The notes: generated by a model from the sequence alone, not told the origin. 64,000 nt of DNA from Candidatus Coatesbacteria bacterium (GCA_016927185.1 JAFGND010000071.1:62001-126000), one strand, 5' to 3'; shown: positions 37,292 through 47,710, counted from the stretch's first letter. Made by a program: numbers and translations.

Positions 37292-38606
37292 TTATGACTT
37301 TCTCCATTGCTGTTATTCTTGAACCTTTAAACAAGATCACATCATTAGGTTTTGCAATATTGACTAATGTCTTTGTAAGGTCTGACTTGTCTGCAAAAAA
37401 CCTTCCAGTTCCATTAGTCCAGTTATCAAGATAATATTTTGCCTCCTCGCCAGTTACAAGTAGAAGATCTATATTAAGTTCTTTTGCCCAGTTTCCAACA
37501 GTCTTATGCCAGAATGCCGAATCCTTGCCTAGCTCTTTCATATCTCCCAATACAGCTATCCTTCTCCCTGATCCCCATTTTGGAAGAGATAAGACTTCGA
37601 AAGCCAGCTTTATTGAGTAAGGACTTGCATTATATGTATCATTTATAATTCTTATGTTATCATTAGTAATTTCCATGTTCAATCTTCCAGGGGTTCTGGA
37701 AAGAGCAGCCAAACCAGAATTTATCTCATCATGACTGAGTCCGAGGCTAGATACGACTGCTATACCACCCAGTATATTTGATGCTTGTGGTTTAGCCATT
37801 GCATCTATTCTGAATTCACCAATTCCATTTATTTCAAGAATCCCCTGATCATTATGAAACACGCCTCTTATGTCTGCATCATTATCTAACCCAAAGGTTT
37901 TGACTTTATCGTATTTTCTATATGCTTCTTTGACAAGGTCTTCCTGATCACCATTTACCCATAGTATTCCCGACAATCCAGAAGTTATCTCAAGTTTGGC
38001 TTTTATTATCCCAGGAACACTCTTCATGTATTGCAGATGCGTTGGATATACATTGTTAATATATGCTAAATCAGGTTTTGCAAGTAGTGATAACTCATGA
38101 ATTTCTCCGAAATGATTCATTCCGATTTCTTGAACAAGATAGTGAATCTGGGAGTTAAGTTTGGTTAATGTTAATGGAACACCTATATGATTGTTGAAGG
38201 AATGTGCAGAGGAAAGAGTAGGTTCCCTTACTGAGAGTATAGACGCTATACAGTCTTTAACCGATGTTTTTCCTATGCTTCCTGTTACTGCAATTACAAA
38301 TGGATTATATGTTTCCCTGTACCATTTAGCCAATTTCCAGAATGAAATCAAGGTATTCTCTACTTTTATTATCCTTTCGCTCGGAATTTCCTCTGTGATT
38401 TCTCTGCTTGCAATTATATAAGAAGCTCCGGCTTTATAAGCATTTATTGCATAATCATGTCCATCTACTCTGATTCCTTTTATTGCAACAAAAATATCTC
38501 CCGGTTGAAGAATTCTTGTATCAATACATATTCCAGAGATACTGAAGTTCCTTTTTATTTGAATATTAAGGATTTTTTCCAGTATACTTCTATTTAGCTT
38601 CTTCAT
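37263..38606 (-). CDS. murF: UDP-MurNAc-tripeptide--D-Ala-D-Ala ligase
   Basis: TGSIGKT, SFNNHIGVPLT, EIGMNH.GEI, NDTYNASP, GDMKELG, KGSR. Confidence 0.97.
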   Translation of the reverse strand: MKKLNRSILEKILNIQIKRNFSISGICIDTRILQPGDIFVAIKGIRVDGHDYAINAYKAGASYIIASREITEEIPSERIIKVENTLISFWKLAKWYRETYNPFVIAVTGSIGKTSVKDCIASILSVREPTLSSAHSFNNHIGVPLTLTKLNSQIHYLVQEIGMNHFGEIHELSLLAKPDLAYINNVYPTHLQYMKSVPGIIKAKLEITSGLSGILWVNGDQEDLVKEAYRKYDKVKTFGLDNDADIRGVFHNDQGILEINGIGEFRIDAMAKPQASNILGGIAVVSSLGLSHDEINSGLAALSRTPGRLNMEITNDNIRIINDTYNASPYSIKLAFEVLSLPKWGSGRRIAVLGDMKELGKDSAFWHKTVGNWAKELNIDLLLVTGEEAKYYLDNWTNGTGRFFADKSDLTKTLVNIAKPNDVILFKGSRITAMEKVINGFKNSRYA

Positions 38607-40080
38607 ATCTTTCCCAATATTTCCTTACTTCATACATATCATCGAAGAATATTTTCTGATTGCCAATTAACTGATAGTTTTCATGTCCCTTACCCGCTAT
38701 CAATATCCAGTCACCGGGATTTGCTATAGTTAAAGCCTTCTTTATGGCTTCTCTCCTATCAACTATCACTTCATAAGTGTGATTGGACATACCTTTTTTT
38801 ATATCATTTATTATAGCTAATGGATTTTCGTTTCTAGGATTATCAGAAGTTATAAAGACAAAATCTGACAATTCCTGGGCAATTTTTCCCATGATGGGTC
38901 TCTTTTCCTTGTCTCTTTCTCCTCCACAACCGAATACTGTAATAAGAAGTCCCGCTTCTTGTCTCAGCTTATTGATTGCTTTCAGGACATTTTCAAGAGC
39001 ATTTGGTGAGTGTGCATAGTCCACAACAGCATTTATGTTTCTCTTGCTGTAGATTTGAAATCTTCCAACTACTTCCTTGAGATTTTCTATTCCCTTCTGA
39101 ATATCTGATAATGATATATCAAGAGCTTTTGCTGTTGCTATAGCTCCTAAAATGTTTTCTATGTTATGCAATCCCAGCAATGATGATTTTATAATTATTA
39201 ATTCATCGTTTATTTTCACCTTGAAATCAAGTCCTTTTTTGTAGTCTATCAATTCATTCAGACTAACATTTGCATTCCCTTCAACATCAAAGCTTATCTT
39301 TTCGCTTATATTGTCCAATTCAGCATACAGTCGTTCTCCATATTTATCCTGTTTGTTTAAAACAACCCTTCCATTTTCCTTCATCTGTAAAAATAAGCGC
39401 TTCTTGCTTTGATAGTAATCTTCCCATGATGTATGGAAATCAAAATGGTCTTGCGTTAGATTTGTAAATATTCCAACATCATATAAAATATCATCTACTC
39501 TGCCTAGTTTCAAGGCATGAGATGATACTTCCATTACTACTACTTTGCAACCGTCATTAACCATTCTTCTCAAGTATTTAAGGAGGGTGAGGATTCCTGG
39601 AGTAGTATGCAAGGGGCATACTTCTTCATGTCTGCCCCAGGCATACCTTATAGTACCCATTATCCCAACCTCATCACTTCCATATTTTTCTTTTAATATG
39701 CTCTGTATCAAATGAGCAGTTGTAGTCTTGCCGTTTGTTCCAGTAATTCCAATTAAAACGAGATCTCTCCATGGGTATTTATAGAATTCATGAGCAAGAG
39801 CTGTCTTGTATTTCTGGATTTTGTTTGTCTGGAATATAACAGCGAAAGGTCCTGGAAGTTCTACAGGCTCCGTTACTAGAAATGCATGAACACCACGTTG
39901 ATACAGATTTAATATTGCCGAATGACCATTGAAATGATTTCCAACCTCTGCGATGAACAAGGAATTTTTTGTACAGCATCTGCTGTCTTCAATTATATCA
40001 CTAATACTCTTATCCCATTTAACCATATTCCCTGCTTCAGTGGGAAGTTTCAAGAAGTCCCTGATTTCAGCTAAATTCAT
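38590..40080 (-). CDS. murE: UDP-MurNAc-dipeptide--meso-DAP ligase
   Basis: TGTNGKTT, MEVSSHAL, TNLTQDH, DYAHSP, FGCGGERD, DNPR (DAP-type), AGKGHE. Confidence 0.98.
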   Translation of the reverse strand: MNLAEIRDFLKLPTEAGNMVKWDKSISDIIEDSRCCTKNSLFIAEVGNHFNGHSAILNLYQRGVHAFLVTEPVELPGPFAVIFQTNKIQKYKTALAHEFYKYPWRDLVLIGITGTNGKTTTAHLIQSILKEKYGSDEVGIMGTIRYAWGRHEEVCPLHTTPGILTLLKYLRRMVNDGCKVVVMEVSSHALKLGRVDDILYDVGIFTNLTQDHFDFHTSWEDYYQSKKRLFLQMKENGRVVLNKQDKYGERLYAELDNISEKISFDVEGNANVSLNELIDYKKGLDFKVKINDELIIIKSSLLGLHNIENILGAIATAKALDISLSDIQKGIENLKEVVGRFQIYSKRNINAVVDYAHSPNALENVLKAINKLRQEAGLLITVFGCGGERDKEKRPIMGKIAQELSDFVFITSDNPRNENPLAIINDIKKGMSNHTYEVIVDRREAIKKALTIANPGDWILIAGKGHENYQLIGNQKIFFDDMYEVRKYWERYEEAK

Positions 40081-41765
40081 TTCTCTAATACCTCCGATAC
40101 ATTACGCAGAGATAAAAGTTTTTGTGCTATTCTTCCGAAAACTGGAGCAGCAACATCTCCTCCATAGAAGAAATGTCCTGTTGGTTCATCCACTACGACA
40201 AGGAGTGCATAAACAGGATATTTTGATGGAAAGTATCCTATAAAAGCTGATTTATACTGCTTGTTTGAATACCCAGTATTATTTTTAGCCAGCTTTTTTG
40301 CAGTTGAGGTTTTTCCTGCTATTTGCGTTTCCTTTACAGCAGCTTTCTTTCCTGTTCCTTTTTTTACTACATCTTCCAGTATTGAAGTTAGTATTCGTGA
40401 AGTTTCAGGTGCTATAACCTGTCTGACTTGTATCGGCTTGAAGCTTTGTATTACACGACCATTATTATCTTCTATTCTGCTTACCAGAATCGGAGCCATT
40501 AGCTTGCCTTTATTAGCAATTGCAGCCGTTGCCATAACTAGTTGTATACCTGTTACGGAAACACCATATCCAATTGCCATGGAGTATTTTGTGACCCCTG
40601 ACCACAGCTCAGGTCTTATCAAATATCCCCTCTGTTCGCCTGACAAAGGAATTCCTGTTGGTTGACCAAAACCGAACCTCTTATAAATTTCATATACTTC
40701 TTCCCTTGGGACTCTTTTACTCATCTGTATTGTTCCGATATTACTGGAGTAAATGAGGACATCCCTGAATGGAGAAGTTCTCATTTTATGGCTGTCTGTT
40801 ATTGTGAAATCTTTTGCAAATGTAGCTTTACCCCCCATACAATTAATCATTGTATTTTCTGTTATATAGCCTTTATCCAATGCACCTGCAGAAAGAAATA
40901 TCTTGAATATGGAGCCGGGTTCAAAAACCTCTTGTATAGGTCTGTTCAGCCAGCTATTTTGCTGTGTTGAATCACTTTCAAGACTCATTGAGGGATAGGT
41001 TGCCAGAGATACTATTTCACCTGTCTTCACTTTTACAAGCACTGCAAATGCGTTTTTCGCTTCATTATCTTCTACCGCTTTCTTTAGTTCATCTTCTACT
41101 ATTGTCTGTATATCTTTATCTATGGTTAAGTATATATTTAATCCTGGATTGGGAAGCTGATCCGCAAGCCCAACTGAAGAAAATGGTTCTCCTCTTCCGT
41201 TGAATCTTACCCATCTCCAACCATCTTTTCCTTTCAAGATATGATTGCAGCTTTCTTCTATACCTGATCCATTGTTTTCACTATTTAAAAAACCTATTAT
41301 GAATCTTCCAATATAACCTAGAGGATAATACCTTTTTGAGGATTTTACAGTATAAAGGCCTTCTATCCTCCGCTTTTTTATACTATTGTCTATCTGAGGA
41401 GGCATTCCTTTTGCAATTACAATATAACCTTTATCTGCATTGAATTTTTTCTTTGCCACTTCAGCATCCAAACCCAGTTCTGCGACCTTCCTGAAATATT
41501 CACTCTTGTCTTTTATCTGCCTTCCATTCATGACTACATCCACAGTTTCGACATTCAAGGCCAGTTGATATCCATTGGCATCAAATATGGCTCCCCTTTC
41601 AGCATATTGTGGAAGCCTATGATATTGCTGTCTTGTAGCAAGATTCCTGTACTCAGCAGATTGCAAAACCTGGATTTTAAGCAACTTGACTTCGAGACCA
41701 ATCCATATTGTCAAAGCAACAGCAAATCCAATTATCAATCTGGGATATTTTACTTCAAAAGCCAT
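40077..41765 (-). CDS. ftsI: Class B penicillin-binding protein FtsI
   Basis: RGAIFD, RYYP, LTID, EPGSIFK (SxxK), SSN (SxN). The third motif reads KTS instead of KTG. Confidence 0.95.
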   Translation of the reverse strand: MAFEVKYPRLIIGFAVALTIWIGLEVKLLKIQVLQSAEYRNLATRQQYHRLPQYAERGAIFDANGYQLALNVETVDVVMNGRQIKDKSEYFRKVAELGLDAEVAKKKFNADKGYIVIAKGMPPQIDNSIKKRRIEGLYTVKSSKRYYPLGYIGRFIIGFLNSENNGSGIEESCNHILKGKDGWRWVRFNGRGEPFSSVGLADQLPNPGLNIYLTIDKDIQTIVEDELKKAVEDNEAKNAFAVLVKVKTGEIVSLATYPSMSLESDSTQQNSWLNRPIQEVFEPGSIFKIFLSAGALDKGYITENTMINCMGGKATFAKDFTITDSHKMRTSPFRDVLIYSSNIGTIQMSKRVPREEVYEIYKRFGFGQPTGIPLSGEQRGYLIRPELWSGVTKYSMAIGYGVSVTGIQLVMATAAIANKGKLMAPILVSRIEDNNGRVIQSFKPIQVRQVIAPETSRILTSILEDVVKKGTGKKAAVKETQIAGKTSTAKKLAKNNTGYSNKQYKSAFIGYFPSKYPVYALLVVVDEPTGHFFYGGDVAAPVFGRIAQKLLSLRNVSEVLEK

Positions 41766-42117
41766 TTTTCTTCTTTGTTTTTACGGGTATTTTTTTGCTA
41801 ATCGGAATAAGCTCTAAATCCAGTTCTTCCTTTGCCATCTTTTCTATATAATGAAATGTAGAATACTCAAGGATCTCTTTTTTAAGTTGCTTGTTTTCTA
41901 TCCTGATCTTGTCACTTAATTTAATAAGATGTTCAATTTCTGCATCTTCATGGTACACAAGATTCCTTTGCCATACAATGCTTAAAGCCATCAGGAAAAG
42001 GATCATGAAACCTAAAGGCAGGATTATCAAATAGACTGGTAATGATTGTTTCTTGAATTGTATAGGATATGCCTGAGAATATGAATCAGCATGTTGGAAA
42101 GACTCAATAGTTGCCAT
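41755..42117 (-). CDS. ftsL: Cell division protein FtsL
   Basis: TM followed by a leucine-zipper coiled coil, IEKMAKEEL.L; located between rsmH and ftsI. Confidence 0.82.
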   Translation of the reverse strand: MATIESFQHADSYSQAYPIQFKKQSLPVYLIILPLGFMILFLMALSIVWQRNLVYHEDAEIEHLIKLSDKIRIENKQLKKEILEYSTFHYIEKMAKEELDLELIPISKKIPVKTKKKNGF

Positions 42118-42119
42118 AA

Positions 42120-43046
42120 TTATACCTTTTTAAAAACCCTTAAATGTGCAGAATGTGCACTACTGTTTTCCTCAACTTCTTCCGGCAATGGTTTAATAGC
42201 ACTTTTGCTGAGATTTTCGAATTTTGGTACTGTTCCACAGCTGCAATACAAAGCATCAGGCGGACATAAGCATTTGGCAGTTGAATTTCTTCCCCATATC
42301 TTAATCAACCTGTCTTCAAGAGAATGATATGAAATGATAGCCAGTCTGCCATCCGGTATGAGGTATTCATGAATAGAATCAAGAAACTTTCCAAGTTCTC
42401 TCAGTTCATTATTTGTCTCAATACGTAAAGCCTGGAATACCTGCTTTTTCACCTTCAATGCATGTTTGAAGCCTACATATTTTTCTATAAAATTGCTTAG
42501 TTGCATTGTATCTTCAAATAATTTGTTTTTCCTTTCTTCAACTATCTTTTTTACAAGATTTCTTGCTCCCCTTACCTCTCCACCTCTCTTGAATACCATG
42601 GTTAGCTCTTCAGCAGAATAATTATTCACTATTTCTGATGCAGTGATAGAACTTTTCCTGTCATATCTCATATCAAGCGGACCTTGCTTTTGATATGAAA
42701 ATCCCTTTTCTGAGAGAGCTATCTGTCTTTGCGATAAACCAAGATCTAGATATATACCATGAACTTTTTTAATATGCAGTGATTCCAGTATTGTACCCAG
42801 ATTACTATAACTATCACTGAAAATGGAAATTTTTGGCTTCTTGTCTTTCAGTCTTTCCCTTGCTACTTCAATCACTGTATCATCCTTATCAATACCAATA
42901 AATTCTGCATTCTGAGAGAGTAAAGATGAAATCGCTTCAGCATGTCCTCCCTCACCAATAGTTCCATCGACATATATTCCATCTATATTCCAAAGAAGCG
43001 CTTCAACAAGCTCTTTCAACAATACTGCTTTATGAAAATACTTCAT
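42120..43046 (-). CDS. rsmH: 16S rRNA m4C1402 methyltransferase
   Basis: H.AVLL.E, DGTIGEGGH, DLGLS, GPLDMR, FQALRIETN, ISYHSLEDR. Confidence 0.97.
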   Translation of the reverse strand: MKYFHKAVLLKELVEALLWNIDGIYVDGTIGEGGHAEAISSLLSQNAEFIGIDKDDTVIEVARERLKDKKPKISIFSDSYSNLGTILESLHIKKVHGIYLDLGLSQRQIALSEKGFSYQKQGPLDMRYDRKSSITASEIVNNYSAEELTMVFKRGGEVRGARNLVKKIVEERKNKLFEDTMQLSNFIEKYVGFKHALKVKKQVFQALRIETNNELRELGKFLDSIHEYLIPDGRLAIISYHSLEDRLIKIWGRNSTAKCLCPPDALYCSCGTVPKFENLSKSAIKPLPEEVEENSSAHSAHLRVFKKV

Positions 43047-43489
43047 TCGAATAGACTCTGTAACATTTTTTCATAATCATCATCACTTATCTTGCTTTCA
43101 ACGTTCTCCCTGAATTTCTCAATCTGCCAGATCTCAATTCTATCAAATGCATAATTAACAAGAACAGAGCTATTCGGTTTTAAACCAGCGTATTCCATCA
43201 AACCTTTGGACAGCAAAATTCTTCCTTGTTTGTCAATTTCTACCTCTTCCATTGTTGCACCAATTACCCTGGATCTCTTTATATGTTCAGCATTGAAAGA
43301 TGGCTTTTCCAGACGTTCTTTTATATCCAGCCATTTATCCTGACTGTAAGCAAATAGACATCCATTAAAACCCTTGATCACTGCCAGGATTTCATCTTGA
43401 AGGAGCTTCCTTATCCTTGAAGGAATTGCAAAGCGTCCCTTAGCATCTATGCTCTTTAAATTTTCACTTGATTCAGGTATTAAAGCCAT
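43043..43489 (-). CDS. mraZ: Transcriptional regulator MraZ
   Basis: Two DxxGR repeats (IDAKGRF, IDKQGRI), DRIEIW; first gene of the dcw cluster. Confidence 0.93.
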   Translation of the reverse strand: MALIPESSENLKSIDAKGRFAIPSRIRKLLQDEILAVIKGFNGCLFAYSQDKWLDIKERLEKPSFNAEHIKRSRVIGATMEEVEIDKQGRILLSKGLMEYAGLKPNSSVLVNYAFDRIEIWQIEKFRENVESKISDDDYEKMLQSLFE

Positions 43490-43521
43490 CCCAATTACTC
43501 CCCCATTATTTGGGAAAATTA

Positions 43522-43561
43522 CCTACTTTAACCCACTATATAACACTAGGTTTTTTGTCAA
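43522..43561 (-). promoter_or_regulatory. dcw promoter with candidate MraZ boxes
   Basis: TTGACA-N15-TATAGT overlapping GTGGG and GTAGG direct repeats at 10-bp period, which resemble known MraZ operator repeats. Confidence 0.55.
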
Positions 43562-43675
43562 GTAAAAATAACATTGATATGTTAATTATTTCTTGGATTC
43601 ATAAAGAAATAGTTATAAGATGCCTTATGGATAGTCTATTAATGAGGTTCTTAGACCGTTGATTAAAAGTGTTAT

Positions 43676-44062
43676 TTATCTATGAAACAAAATATTCTGG
43701 AGAATATATTTACCAATTATCAAATCCACTCTGTCTGAAGGATCTATAAAGGAAAATGCTATTGAATAGGATCTAGCTCCGCATTCATCCATAATAGAAT
43801 CTATTCTTACAACCATGGCTTCAACATTAATATCATGATATTTAATTTCTCCATTTCCACCTATGATAGGCAGGGAGAGAGTTAATGATACTTTGCTATA
43901 AAGATCTAGAGGATGAGTAGTACGGCAATATAATCCATTAAGATTAATATCAAGAGAATGAGCTTCCAGAAAAGTAACTTCTTTTGATGAAGAAGTCTTA
44001 ATGATTTTAATAGGATGCTCGGCATTCAGCCTAGGAGTTCTTCTTCTTTCTCTCTCACTCAT
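43676..44062 (-). CDS. Stand-alone PilZ domain (c-di-GMP-binding) protein
   Basis: ERRRTPR (RxxxR), DINLNG (DxSxxG-like), A.VVR, IAFSF. Confidence 0.85.
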   Translation of the reverse strand: MSERERRRTPRLNAEHPIKIIKTSSSKEVTFLEAHSLDINLNGLYCRTTHPLDLYSKVSLTLSLPIIGGNGEIKYHDINVEAMVVRIDSIMDECGARSYSIAFSFIDPSDRVDLIIGKYILQNILFHR

Positions 44063-44205
44063 TTTTTTTTCTTGTCCTTATGTCTCTTTCTTTACTATTA
44101 CTATAACAAACTTAATAACTATAAAAATTCTGTAAAGCGAAATTTATTATTATGTGAAAACCTTACCTTAAAACATCAGAAAGTCAAAAATAGATGGGAT
44201 TACTT

Positions 44206-44841
44206 TCAGTTAATCTGTTTAAGGTTATTTAGACCTTGCTCCCTTAATTTCGGTAATAAATCTCTCAATTCTATTGTAATTGGAATAAGCTCCATTTCAA
44301 TAATATCAGCTATTTTTGAATCATTGTTCTCCTCTCTGGCATGAAATATTCTGTCCATAAACTCAGTAAAGAAATCTTCAAGTTCTGAAAGAGGGTAATT
44401 TGCAACCTGACTTTCTGAGTAATCAAGATACAAAGGTGCTGCTGCAGTTTCTATAAGGCGAATCAACCAGATGAATTTCTCGATTAGATAAATCAGATGA
44501 TCTATAATATCTTTGTCGGTTTGCATCCTCAAAGCGAAAGTAATATCCTCAAGTTCTTTAGGTAGAATTTCAGATATATCGATAGCTTCTTTCAATCCAT
44601 TAAGGGCAGCTGTGCTTTGTTTGATGCTTTGAATAGATATATATTTCACATTATTGAAATTATTCCATAAAATCCCTTCGGGAAAGACGGATAATTCTAT
44701 TTCATTTCCATCTATACTGAGTTTGGAAATCACTTCATTCTGTGCTATAAGCTCCTTTTCAATATCAATCAATAAATCCTTGATATTTCTGTTTTTCGTT
44801 TCTGTCTTGTAAAGTTGGTTATTTACCTCAATTTTTATCAC
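44206..44841 (-). CDS. Hypothetical protein (small beta N-domain + helical bundle)
   Basis: GTG start with GGAGG RBS; ends with IADIIEMELIP. Confidence 0.75.
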   Translation of the reverse strand: MIKIEVNNQLYKTETKNRNIKDLLIDIEKELIAQNEVISKLSIDGNEIELSVFPEGILWNNFNNVKYISIQSIKQSTAALNGLKEAIDISEILPKELEDITFALRMQTDKDIIDHLIYLIEKFIWLIRLIETAAAPLYLDYSESQVANYPLSELEDFFTEFMDRIFHAREENNDSKIADIIEMELIPITIELRDLLPKLREQGLNNLKQIN

Positions 44842-44961
44842 TTAATAACCTCCTTTGACCAGAATTTTGCCATGTCAATTCCAGTCAAGTTTTTTGTATT
44901 TGTGTAATAGAAGATTTATTTCTCTTTGACAAAAAAAGCCATTATCTACTTCTGAATCAAT

Positions 44962-45435
44962 GTGCATAAATTATATTTTGGTTATGGATTTGATACACAC
45001 AGGAAAAAAGAGGGAAATGGAATACATCTGGGGGGGGTTTTTATCCAGTGCGATTATTCAGTTGAAGCCCACAGTGATGGTGATGTCCTTTGCCATGCAA
45101 TCATTGATGCAATACTGTCTGCAACGGGACAGGAAGATATAGGAACATTATTCAGTGATACTGATCCACAATATAAAAATGCAAGAAGTCTTGAAATGCT
45201 GAGAAAAGTATGGAATGGACTTGTCAATCAATTCATTATTGAGAAAATTGATTTTACAATTGTAATGGACTATCCAATATTGAAAGATTATTCAGATAAA
45301 ATAAAGAATGAACTCATGACTGTCTTTGGAAAAATTGAAAAAAGCAAGATAAGCATTAAGGGAAAAAGAACTGAAGGAGTAGCTTTCATAGGTGGAATTA
45401 CAGCTTTGGGAATGGTTGTTTTATGCAGACAGTAA
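44962..45435 (+). CDS. ispF: 2-C-methyl-D-erythritol 2,4-cyclodiphosphate synthase
   Basis: G.GFDTH, LGGV.I, HSDGDVLCHAIIDAIL, DIG..F. Confidence 0.93.
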   Translation: MHKLYFGYGFDTHRKKEGNGIHLGGVFIQCDYSVEAHSDGDVLCHAIIDAILSATGQEDIGTLFSDTDPQYKNARSLEMLRKVWNGLVNQFIIEKIDFTIVMDYPILKDYSDKIKNELMTVFGKIEKSKISIKGKRTEGVAFIGGITALGMVVLCRQ

Positions 45436-46226
45436 TAACTCTTCTAACAGATTTTGGTCTTTATGATGGTTACGTTGCAGCTATGAAAGGTGTCATTTAT
45501 GATGAGTGCAGGGATTATAAAGAGAATTTAATAATAGTTGATATTACTCATAATATACCTCAAGGAGATATCAAGGAAGCAGGATATATATTAAGTGAAG
45601 TATATCCATATTTCCCAATAGATACTCTGCATCTAGTTATAGTAGATCCTGGTGTAGGAAGCAGTAGGGCAATACTTTATGCAGAATGTAAGCGAGGAAG
45701 ATTCATGCTGCCAGACAATGGAATTTTGTCCTTCCTCCATCAGGAAGATTTGAGTAATTTGAAAGTCTGGGAGTTGCCTCTACCAAAAATCTCAAGAGAT
45801 ATTTCAAACACCTTTCATGGCAGGGATATTTTCGCACCGTGGGCAGCTGCCATTGCTCTGGATCAAGTGGTGAAGCTTATAATAAAGACTGACTGGAAAA
45901 GACTAGAAATACCTCAACCAGTCAGAAAAGATAAATTGATAGAAGGAGAGATAATAAGAATAGATCATTTTGGAAATCTAATAAGCAATATCCCAAAAAT
46001 ATGGTTTGATGATCTTGATTTAAAAAGAATTCATGGAAGAATAAAAGACAAGGAATTCAGTGAGATTTATCCGTTTTATATGTCTGCACCTGATAAAAAC
46101 TTATTTGCACTTTTCGGAAGTCATGGATGCCTGGAGCTTGCCATGAATCAAAGAAATGCTGCCTTAGAATCAGGTTTGAAAAGGGGAGATAAGTTAAGTA
46201 TAAATATTGAATGCGAGGTTGATTAA
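45423..46226 (+). CDS. SAM hydroxide adenosyltransferase / chlorinase-fluorinase family (DUF62)
   Basis: ITLLTDFG, VAAMKGVI, DITH, VDPGVGS.R, PDNG, TFHGRDIFAP, IDHFGN. Confidence 0.93.
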   Translation: MQTVITLLTDFGLYDGYVAAMKGVIYDECRDYKENLIIVDITHNIPQGDIKEAGYILSEVYPYFPIDTLHLVIVDPGVGSSRAILYAECKRGRFMLPDNGILSFLHQEDLSNLKVWELPLPKISRDISNTFHGRDIFAPWAAAIALDQVVKLIIKTDWKRLEIPQPVRKDKLIEGEIIRIDHFGNLISNIPKIWFDDLDLKRIHGRIKDKEFSEIYPFYMSAPDKNLFALFGSHGCLELAMNQRNAALESGLKRGDKLSINIECEVD

Positions 46227-46792
46227 TGTCCTGGTATTGCAAGAAATGCAGCTTCATTAATCAAGATAGCGAGGTTTTTTGCTCTCAATGCGGACAAGAA
46301 AGAACTATAACTCAGTTTGAAATCAAGGACAGGGAGCAGGTAACTGAGAAAAAGCAGAATGAAGCAGTCAAGCCAACAAGAAAATACTCCTGGATAGGTT
46401 TGGGTCTGATTTTTGGATTAAGTATAGGTCTTATTATAGCAGCAAGTATATATGGAGTAGTGAAATTCGTAATACCACAATATTACAGTCAATATTCTTA
46501 TTATCAGGAAACACCTAAGCAGGTAATATACAGCAAAAAGCAGGATGCAATCCCAGCCCTGCCTAAAGATAATAAACCAATAAGAGAAGACTATTTATAT
46601 ACAAAGACTAGTGACGTGCTTCTATACCAATGGAGTGCAATAGATTCAAGGATCAAGGCAAAACTTCCGAAAGGAACTGCTGTAGTAAATAAGGGAAGAC
46701 AGTCAATCTTTTATAGAGTTCAGGTAAGTATTGGGGGCAAGATCTTAAATGGTTTTATTAAAACAAGTGACTTGCAGTATACAAAACCATGA
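46226..46792 (+). CDS. RanBP2-type zinc ribbon + TM + SH3b-like protein
   Basis: W.C..C...N......C..C at the N-terminus, one TM, C-terminal L.KG..V....YRV....GFI...L. Confidence 0.7.
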   Translation: MSWYCKKCSFINQDSEVFCSQCGQERTITQFEIKDREQVTEKKQNEAVKPTRKYSWIGLGLIFGLSIGLIIAASIYGVVKFVIPQYYSQYSYYQETPKQVIYSKKQDAIPALPKDNKPIREDYLYTKTSDVLLYQWSAIDSRIKAKLPKGTAVVNKGRQSIFYRVQVSIGGKILNGFIKTSDLQYTKP

Positions 46793-47613
46793 ATGATGTA
46801 ATATTTGCAGACTTACATATGCATAGCTATTATTCAGATGGTGAATTATCACCAATAGAAGTTTATGAGGTAGCATTAGAGGCAGGTCTGAAAGCAGCTG
46901 CGATAACGGATCATGATACTGTAGAGGGACTCATTGCATTACCTCAGGGACTTCTTGAAGCTGATTTGTATATTCCTGGAGTAGAAATATCTGCGTTCGA
47001 AGTTAACTTATCTTGTCATATACTTGGATATTTTCATCATTCTCGTATCAGCAAGCTTAGTAAAATCCTTTCAGCATGTTTAGATTCACGCTATGAAAGA
47101 ATAGAGGAAATGATAGGTAGATTGCAGAAAGACGGTATTGATGTAAGTCTCAGGGAATTGCTGGAAGACAGAGCCCCAAGTAAACTCCTTGGAAGACCTC
47201 ATCTAGCTGAATTGATGATAAAAAAAGGCATAGTTAAAAACAAGCAGGAAGCTTTTGATGAATATCTATCTAATGACAGCCCATATTATGTTCCTTATAA
47301 AAGGATGCTTCCAAAGCAAGCAATAGATATAATCCATTCAGTTGATGGTATTGCATTTTTAGCACATCCAGCAAAAGACAATATTGACAACAAGATCAAA
47401 TACCTTGTTGACACAGGTCTGGATGGGATAGAAATTTGGCATTACAGCCATACTCCTGCACATGAAGAGTATTATCTTTCTCAGGCAAGAAAACATAACC
47501 TTCTAGTTTCAGGAGGCAGTGATTTTCATGGTTATGGCAAGATAAATATTGTTGGTATGAAAGGAGTTTCTGAAGAGAATTACTGGAAAATCATAGATAG
47601 AATAAGAACCTGA
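46789..47613 (+). CDS. PHP-domain phosphoesterase (TrpH/YciV-like)
   Basis: DLHMHS..SDG, AITDHD, GVEIS, HILGY, GRPHLA, LAHP, GGSDFHG. Confidence 0.93.
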   Translation: MNDVIFADLHMHSYYSDGELSPIEVYEVALEAGLKAAAITDHDTVEGLIALPQGLLEADLYIPGVEISAFEVNLSCHILGYFHHSRISKLSKILSACLDSRYERIEEMIGRLQKDGIDVSLRELLEDRAPSKLLGRPHLAELMIKKGIVKNKQEAFDEYLSNDSPYYVPYKRMLPKQAIDIIHSVDGIAFLAHPAKDNIDNKIKYLVDTGLDGIEIWHYSHTPAHEEYYLSQARKHNLLVSGGSDFHGYGKINIVGMKGVSEENYWKIIDRIRT

Positions 47614-47710
47614 AAAATACTTTATTTGAAACATTGATAATGGTATTTCTAAAAACATCATTGATACTAATTTATTGACAAAAAACCGCAAAGCTTTTGC
47701 CAGAAGCATT

